Assembly (NCBI GenBank): GCA_034722055.1
Contig: JAYENL010000130.1
Coordinates: forward strand, 1 to 64,000
DNA: 64,000 nucleotides
Direction of reading: 5' to 3'
Source: Armatimonadota bacterium
GTDB lineage: Bacteria; Armatimonadota; Zipacnadia; Zipacnadales; UBA5352
A program made the translations under genes and the position numbers. Shown in pieces: positions 58,924 through 64,000 of this stretch (its first letter is position 1; each line of letters begins with the position of its first letter). The notes beneath the pieces are model-generated. The model worked only from the letters and a program-made list of their open reading frames with translations, had not been told where the DNA came from and made no database searches.

Positions 58924-60315
58924 ATGCTGCTCAGAGCCGCCGTCATGTTAGTCATGATCGCCGTCTGCCTGGCCGCCCACGCCCAGGCGCCGAAGCTGCT
59001 GCTGCGCGCCGCCTTCGACGGCTCGACCGATCTCGAGCCCGGCGGCGAGGGCGAGCTGGTGGCCGCCGAGTTCGCCGATGGACGCGACGGCCAGGCCATC
59101 CGCGCCACCGCCGCGGACCAGCCCGCCGCGCGCATCCCACTGGACGTCGCCAGCGCAGACGAGGGCACGCTGATGTTCTGGTTCCGCTGCGACGAGCCCA
59201 ACCCGCCCGACCGCTCGGAGCGGGTTCACTGGACGCCGGTCACCACCGGCGGCGAGCCCGGGCCGCGCATCGACGTCCACCAGATGTACCACCAGGCCCA
59301 GATCCAGGCCCGCAATCCCTGGGGGGAGGACCACTCCGGCGGCGCCCGGGCCGTCTACAGCCACCTCATCCCCGGCAAGTGGTACCACCTCGCCTACACC
59401 TGGCGGAAGGCCGGCAACGACGTCTGCTACTGGCTCTTCGGCGAGGCTCAGAGCGACACTCTCGGCAAGTGGAATGAGCTGGAACACACCGACGCCCAGT
59501 GGGCGGACACGCTCCAGGTCGGCTCCGCGCTCGGCAGCATCGACGATCTGCGCATCTACGATCGCGCCATGACCGGCGAGGAAATCCAGGCCGCCGGCGA
59601 GTACCGCGACGGGGAGGCCATGTACGATGAGGGCAAGGTCTTCTTCGACACCGTTCTCGACATCGACGCCCTGAAGGGCGAGCTGATCGCGGAGGACACT
59701 TTCGACGAGCCCTGGCAGGGAAACTGGACGCTGGAGGGACCCGGCATCCTGACGCAGGAGGACGGCCGGCTGCGCCTCCAGGAGCCCGAGCCCGGCACCG
59801 AGGGCGCCAACCACATCGTGCTGTGGAACGACACGCCGACGCCCAAGGACTTCATCGCGCAGTGGGACTTCACGCCCAATGACGTCGCCGGCCTGTGCAT
59901 CGTGTTCTTCTCCGCCAAGGGACTGGGCGGGGAGAGGATCTTCGACCCCGGACTGGAGGAGCGCGATGGGACCTTCAGCCAGTATCACTCCGGGGATATC
60001 AACTGCTACCACATCTCCTACTTCCGCAACACCTGCTCGCGCTCACCCAACACCGCCCTGCGCAAGAACAAGGGCTTCTGGCGCTGCTCCGCGGGGTATG
60101 ATTACATTCCGCTGGAGACGGGCGTGACCAGCACCATCACGCTGGTCAAGCGCGGCGCGCACATCCAGTTCGCCATCAACGATCGCGTCTCCATCGACTG
60201 GGTGGACGACGGGGTCAGCCGCGGCCCGGTCTGGGGCGGAGGGCACATCGGCCTCCGCCAGATGATGACCACCGATGGCTGGTACGACAACTTCCGCGTG
60301 TGGGCGATCAAGTAG
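58924..60315 (+). CDS. Secreted LamG-like + DUF1961 (YesU-like) protein
   Basis: GAGGAGGTG RBS, signal peptide, WYHLAYTW..IDDLRIY, GLCIVFF, YHISYFR, LRKNKG, GGHIGLRQM. Confidence 0.75.
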   Translation: MLLRAAVMLVMIAVCLAAHAQAPKLLLRAAFDGSTDLEPGGEGELVAAEFADGRDGQAIRATAADQPAARIPLDVASADEGTLMFWFRCDEPNPPDRSERVHWTPVTTGGEPGPRIDVHQMYHQAQIQARNPWGEDHSGGARAVYSHLIPGKWYHLAYTWRKAGNDVCYWLFGEAQSDTLGKWNELEHTDAQWADTLQVGSALGSIDDLRIYDRAMTGEEIQAAGEYRDGEAMYDEGKVFFDTVLDIDALKGELIAEDTFDEPWQGNWTLEGPGILTQEDGRLRLQEPEPGTEGANHIVLWNDTPTPKDFIAQWDFTPNDVAGLCIVFFSAKGLGGERIFDPGLEERDGTFSQYHSGDINCYHISYFRNTCSRSPNTALRKNKGFWRCSAGYDYIPLETGVTSTITLVKRGAHIQFAINDRVSIDWVDDGVSRGPVWGGGHIGLRQMMTTDGWYDNFRVWAIK

Positions 60316-60334
60316 CGCCGGGGAGACCAGGAAC

Positions 60335-60652
60335 ATGGACCTCGACGAGGCGCTGCGACAACTGAGGGCGGAGCTCGAGGAGCTCTACGGCGAGCGCCTC
60401 AAGGGCCTGTATCTGTTCGGCTCCCGCGCCCGCGGCGACGCCGAGCCGGACTCGGACGTGGACGTGGCCGTGGTGCTGGACGACTTCGAGTACGAGTCAG
60501 ACGAGCTCACGCGCATGGCGCCGGTGCTGAACAGGCTGTCGCTTGAATGTGACCTGGTCTTCGCTGCGGTCCCGATCCGCGCCAGCGAATGGGCAGGTGG
60601 CGGCAGCCCCCTGATGCTGAATCTCCGTCGCGAGGGAGTGCCGCTGCCATGA
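60335..60652 (+). CDS. MNT nucleotidyltransferase, array unit 1
   Basis: LFGSRARGDAEPDSDVD (GSx10DxD). Confidence 0.9.
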   Translation: MDLDEALRQLRAELEELYGERLKGLYLFGSRARGDAEPDSDVDVAVVLDDFEYESDELTRMAPVLNRLSLECDLVFAAVPIRASEWAGGGSPLMLNLRREGVPLP

Positions 60653-61038
60653 CCGAGGAGATGCGCGTACTGCTGGCCGACGCAAGGCGGAATGCGTCGG
60701 CCGCACGTGACTTGCTGGATCGGGGAGACTCGGACGACATCGCGGCCTCTCGAGCCTACTACGCCATGTTCTACGTCGCTGAGGCCGCCCTGCTCAGCCT
60801 CGACCTGTCCTACAGCAAGCACCAGGCCGTGGTGTCGGCGTTCGGCAGGGAGTTCGCCAAGGGCGGGATACTCCCCCGGGAGCTTCACGGCCACCTTCGG
60901 GAAGCGTTTGGGCTGCGCCAGACGGCCGACTACGCCACGGGGGCGAGCGTGTCCCGCGCTGCTGCGGAGGAAGTCGTTGACCGCGCCGAGCAGTTCATCG
61001 ACGCCATCGAGGATTACCTGCGGCAGCAGACAGAGTAG
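60649..61038 (+). CDS. HEPN domain protein (Rx4Y), array unit 1
   Basis: SRAYYAMF, SKH, RQTADY; 4-nt overlap with MNT. Confidence 0.9.
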   Translation: MTEEMRVLLADARRNASAARDLLDRGDSDDIAASRAYYAMFYVAEAALLSLDLSYSKHQAVVSAFGREFAKGGILPRELHGHLREAFGLRQTADYATGASVSRAAAEEVVDRAEQFIDAIEDYLRQQTE

Positions 61039-61230
61039 CTCGGAACCTCGCGCTCCAGGCCGGTTGGTGAGGTAGATGGACCTTCACGAGGCGCTGCGAC
61101 AACTGAGGGCGGAGCTTGAGGAGCTCTACGGTGAGCGCCTCAAGGGTCTGTATCTGTTCGGCTCCCGCGCCCGCGGCGACGCCGAGCCGGACTCGGACGT
61201 GGACGTGGCCGTGGTGCTGGACGACTTCGA
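60985..61230 (+). repeat. Conserved ~246-bp junction block, copy A
   Basis: About 16 mismatches to 61723-61968; partial copies at 60335-60489 and 62461-62497. Confidence 0.9.
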
Positions 61231-61393
61231 CTCGGCATTCGAGGAGATCGACCGGATGGCTGAGGTCGGGACCCGGATCTCGCTGGCGGCGGATCTCGCT
61301 ATCACCAAGATACCTCTCACCGAGGCCCAGTGGCGAGATAAGCAGACGGCGTTCCTGCGCAACGCCCGCCGGGAGGCGGTGAGCATCGAGTGA
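61076..61393 (+). CDS. MNT nucleotidyltransferase, array unit 2
   Basis: Same GSx10DxD motif, 105 aa. Confidence 0.9.
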   Translation: MDLHEALRQLRAELEELYGERLKGLYLFGSRARGDAEPDSDVDVAVVLDDFDSAFEEIDRMAEVGTRISLAADLAITKIPLTEAQWRDKQTAFLRNARREAVSIE

Positions 61394-61776
61394 ATGAAGA
61401 GCAGGCGGCAATGGTGGGAAGGGCACGCAGCGCACTCAGGCTGGCGCGTGTCGCCCTGCGCGAGGATGAGGCGAATGCCGCCGCATCGCAGGCGTACTAC
61501 GCCATGTTCCACGCGGCCAATGCTGCCCTGGCATCACTGGGTCTTGGCTTCTCGAAGCACTCGGCGGTCCAGAGCGCCTTCGGTCGCGAATTCGCCAAGA
61601 CTGGCCGCCTGCCCCGGCAACTGCATCGCTGGCTGATCTCCGCCTTCGAGAAGCGGGTCATAGCAAACTACGACTACACGTCGCATGTCGAGGACGAAGA
61701 GGCGAGCGAAGTCGTCGAGCAGGCCGAGCAGTTCATCGCCGCCATCGAGGATTACCTGCGGGAGCAGACAGAGTAG
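61390..61776 (+). CDS. HEPN domain protein (Rx4Y), array unit 2
   Basis: AYYAMF, SKH, RVIANY. Confidence 0.9.
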   Translation: MNEEQAAMVGRARSALRLARVALREDEANAAASQAYYAMFHAANAALASLGLGFSKHSAVQSAFGREFAKTGRLPRQLHRWLISAFEKRVIANYDYTSHVEDEEASEVVEQAEQFIAAIEDYLREQTE

Positions 61777-61968
61777 CTCGGACCCTCGTGCTCCAGGCCG
61801 GTCGGTGAGGTACATGGACCTTGACGAGGCGCTGCGACAACTGAGGGCGGAGCTCGAGGAGCTCTACGGCGAACGCCTCAGAGGCCTGTATCTGTTCGGC
61901 TCCCGCGCACGCGGCGACGCCGAGCCGGACTCGGACGTGGACGTGGCGGTTGTGCTGGACGACTTCGA
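61723..61968 (+). repeat. Conserved ~246-bp junction block, copy B
   Basis: Offset 738 bp from copy A. Confidence 0.9.
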
Positions 61969-62131
61969 GTCGGTCTACACGGAGATCAGGCGCATGTCGG
62001 AGGTCGGCGCCCGGACATCTCTCGATCTCGACCTGCACGTTAGCCTCATCCCGGTGCGTGAGGCCGACTGGCGTGAAGGGACGAGTATATTCCTCCGCAA
62101 CGTCGCTCGGGAAGGAGTCTCGGTCCATTGA
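61814..62131 (+). CDS. MNT nucleotidyltransferase, array unit 3
   Basis: Same GSx10DxD motif, 105 aa. Confidence 0.9.
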   Translation: MDLDEALRQLRAELEELYGERLRGLYLFGSRARGDAEPDSDVDVAVVLDDFESVYTEIRRMSEVGARTSLDLDLHVSLIPVREADWREGTSIFLRNVAREGVSVH

Positions 62132-62508
62132 ACCCCGAGGTGCGCGGCAAGCTTGATCGCGCTGGATCATCATTGGAGGCGGCGCGCGTCCTGGCGGCTG
62201 AGGATCTGGCCAACCAGGCGGCTGCCGAGGCGTATTACGCGATGTTCCACGCCGCGACCGCGGCCCTGGCCGCACGTGACCAAAGCTACTCCAAGCACTC
62301 AGCGGTGATAAGCGCCTTCGGCCGCGAGTTCGCGAAGACCGGCGAACTGCCGGCGGAACTGCACCGGCGACTCCGGGAGGCCTTTGAGACCCGCCTCTCG
62401 GCGACGTATGACTACACCCACCAAGTGACCGTTGCCGAGGCCGTCGCTCTCTGCGACGAGGCCGAGCAGTTCATCGCCGCCATCGAGCACTACCTGCAGC
62501 GGCGATAG
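62128..62508 (+). CDS. HEPN domain protein (Rx4Y), array unit 3
   Basis: AYYAMF, SKH, RLSATY. Confidence 0.9.
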   Translation: MNPEVRGKLDRAGSSLEAARVLAAEDLANQAAAEAYYAMFHAATAALAARDQSYSKHSAVISAFGREFAKTGELPAELHRRLREAFETRLSATYDYTHQVTVAEAVALCDEAEQFIAAIEHYLQRR

Positions 62509-62511
62509 CCA

Positions 62512-62952
62512 TCATGACTGCGCCTGGGAGGGAACGTCCTCTTCGCGCTTGAGCCCAGGGACGGAAGAGAGCTTGCGGTCGAAGGAGTAGAGCCGCCCCT
62601 CGCACTCCTCCAGCGCTGCCGCACAGGCGCAGGCGTCTCCGAAGTGCTTCACCGTGTCCCTGAAGAGCCGCAAGGCGCGCAAATACCGCGGCGTATCGGT
62701 CATCAAGAAGCCATCGGTCTGGAGAAGGGGAATGAGCCCGTCGCTGATTTCCTCGTTGGGCAGTTCGTAATAGGAGGAGGGCACGTAGACTACCTCAGCA
62801 AGCGTCACAGGGTCGCAGACTACTGCAGCCTTCCCCCGCTGCGCGCTGCGGAGAATCGTGGCCGCCTTGGCTGCCAGGGCTTCCTCGTCTCGCAGCAGGA
62901 AGCGCAGAATCACGTTGGCGTCGATTACCCACAGTTCCCGCGTGTTACTCAT
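62512..62952 (-). CDS. PIN domain (VapC-like) toxin
   Basis: IDANVILRFL, LAEV, FGDA, YSFDRK. Confidence 0.88.
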   Translation of the reverse strand: MSNTRELWVIDANVILRFLLRDEEALAAKAATILRSAQRGKAAVVCDPVTLAEVVYVPSSYYELPNEEISDGLIPLLQTDGFLMTDTPRYLRALRLFRDTVKHFGDACACAAALEECEGRLYSFDRKLSSVPGLKREEDVPSQAQS

Positions 62953-63196
62953 CCGCCACCTGCTTGGCTACAGCTTCCTGCGCCTCACGCCGGACGGTGT
63001 CCCACTCGGCATCCCTGCCCTGCGCGTACTCGTGGAAGATCCCGAACAGCTCGTCAACCGATCTGAGAGGCCACAGCACTGCCTCATCCTCGCGGGCCTC
63101 CAGTGCCAACTCGTCCCCGGGCTGTATACCCAGCTTCCGACGAACATCGGCAGGTATCGTGATGCGGCCCTGTTCCGAGACCCTGACCTTTGTCAT
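62945..63196 (-). CDS. AbrB/MazE-family antitoxin
   Basis: AGGAGG RBS; SEQGRITIPADVRRKLGIQPGD. Confidence 0.9.
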   Translation of the reverse strand: MTKVRVSEQGRITIPADVRRKLGIQPGDELALEAREDEAVLWPLRSVDELFGIFHEYAQGRDAEWDTVRREAQEAVAKQVADE

Positions 63197-63218
63197 GTCG
63201 GCGTACCTCCTGCTCTCC

Positions 63219-63247
63219 ATCTTACCCATGTTCCCAGGACCGCACAA
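63219..63247 (-). promoter_or_regulatory. Putative promoter of the AbrB-PIN operon
   Basis: TTGTGC-N17-TAAGAT; CCCATG/CATGGG inverted pair overlapping it. Confidence 0.45.
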
Positions 63248-63380
63248 GACGCCGCATGGGCCCCGAAACTCGGAGGCTCCAAGACCGCTCCGACCAGGAC
63301 GAGCTTTCAGCCCGCCAGGCAGCGAACGCCCGAGAGGTCCGGAGGGTGATTCCTCACGCCGGATCGAGGCGGGAGCCGAC

Positions 63381-64000
63381 TCAGGAGCGGTCAGTTCGGC
63401 GCAGCAGCACGCCGCCGTCGTCGAAGCGCTTGACGATCTCGAATCCCGGCAGCGGCTGCTCCCCCGCCATGATCGGCTCCCAGGCGACGGTCATCCCCCG
63501 GTTGCCGGGGCGGTGCTTGATATGCACCCAGTCCGCGGGCACCATCTGCTCGTGCATGCGGAGGAACTGCTCCGGCGTCAGCGGCAGGCCGATGGCGTAC
63601 ATCCCCGGGCTCCACGCCACCAGCGCGTGGTGCGTGGACACCACCACGTCGTCCTGCGAGCCGTGGGAGGAGAGGTATCCCGCCAGCGTCCGGGCCCGCT
63701 CGAGCGCCTCCTGGTGATAGGGCCCGACGGCCAGGTCGAACAGCGTCGGGACGGCCATGAGGGCCACGATGAGCCCCAGGGGGATCACCGCCAGCCGCAT
63801 GGAGGCGCCGTAGCGGCGCAGCAGCTCGAAGCCGAAGGCCGCGCCCAGCGTAGCGCAGAGCGGCCCCAGCGGGTCCAGATAGCGGTTCACCGAGACCCCG
63901 CCGTGCCCGTAGGACGCCAGCGGCAGCAGCAGCAGTTGCTCGGCCGCCAGAGCGTAGACCAGCCAGTGCAGGCGCACTCGCTTCCCGCCCGCCAGCACCA
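63381..64000 (-). CDS. Membrane protein, 5'-truncated by window end
   Basis: Open frame with TM segments and RYLDPL motif, resembling the C-terminus of GT-C-like proteins. Confidence 0.55.
   Translation of the reverse strand, partial: VLAGGKRVRLHWLVYALAAEQLLLLPLASYGHGGVSVNRYLDPLGPLCATLGAAFGFELLRRYGASMRLAVIPLGLIVALMAVPTLFDLAVGPYHQEALERARTLAGYLSSHGSQDDVVVSTHHALVAWSPGMYAIGLPLTPEQFLRMHEQMVPADWVHIKHRPGNRGMTVAWEPIMAGEQPLPGFEIVKRFDDGGVLLRRTDRS

Noticed and set aside
60985..61968. CRISPR array or integron interpretation of the periodic repeats
   Set aside because: Repeats are ~246 bp and protein-coding; no cas genes, integrase or attC-like sites seen

Overview
High-GC bacterial chromosomal segment. 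KDO biosynthesis genes (diderm envelope) alongside a Firmicute-like sigH-tuf-rpmG-secE block suggest a Terrabacteria diderm such as Armatimonadota; this taxonomy is inference only. Most of the window is core housekeeping: lysS, dusB, coaX, kdsB/A/D, maf-mreBCD, gatB, proAB, and the sigH / tRNA-Thr-Tyr-Thr / tuf / rpmG / tRNA-Trp / secE-nusG-rplKAJL cluster, plus carbohydrate and envelope enzymes. Three accessory signals stand out. (1) A head-to-tail array of three MNT-HEPN gene pairs (60335-62508) in which a conserved ~246-bp block spanning HEPN end, spacer and MNT catalytic half alternates with diverged ~490-bp segments, next to an AbrB-PIN pair. (2) Two more MNT/HEPN modules at 25.6-28.3 kb: one with a catalytic Asp>Asn change, one an in-frame fusion with an internal start. 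(3) Three copies of a non-coding, highly structured ~360-410-bp TA-flanked MITE-like element; one splits a methyltransferase gene and one completes the stop codons of two convergent genes. Also notable are a probable ATT start for rplJ, a Clp N-domain-RidA fusion, a Thr-type sulfatase-like enzyme and an acidic repeat tail on L11. All calls are by eye; no database searches were run.
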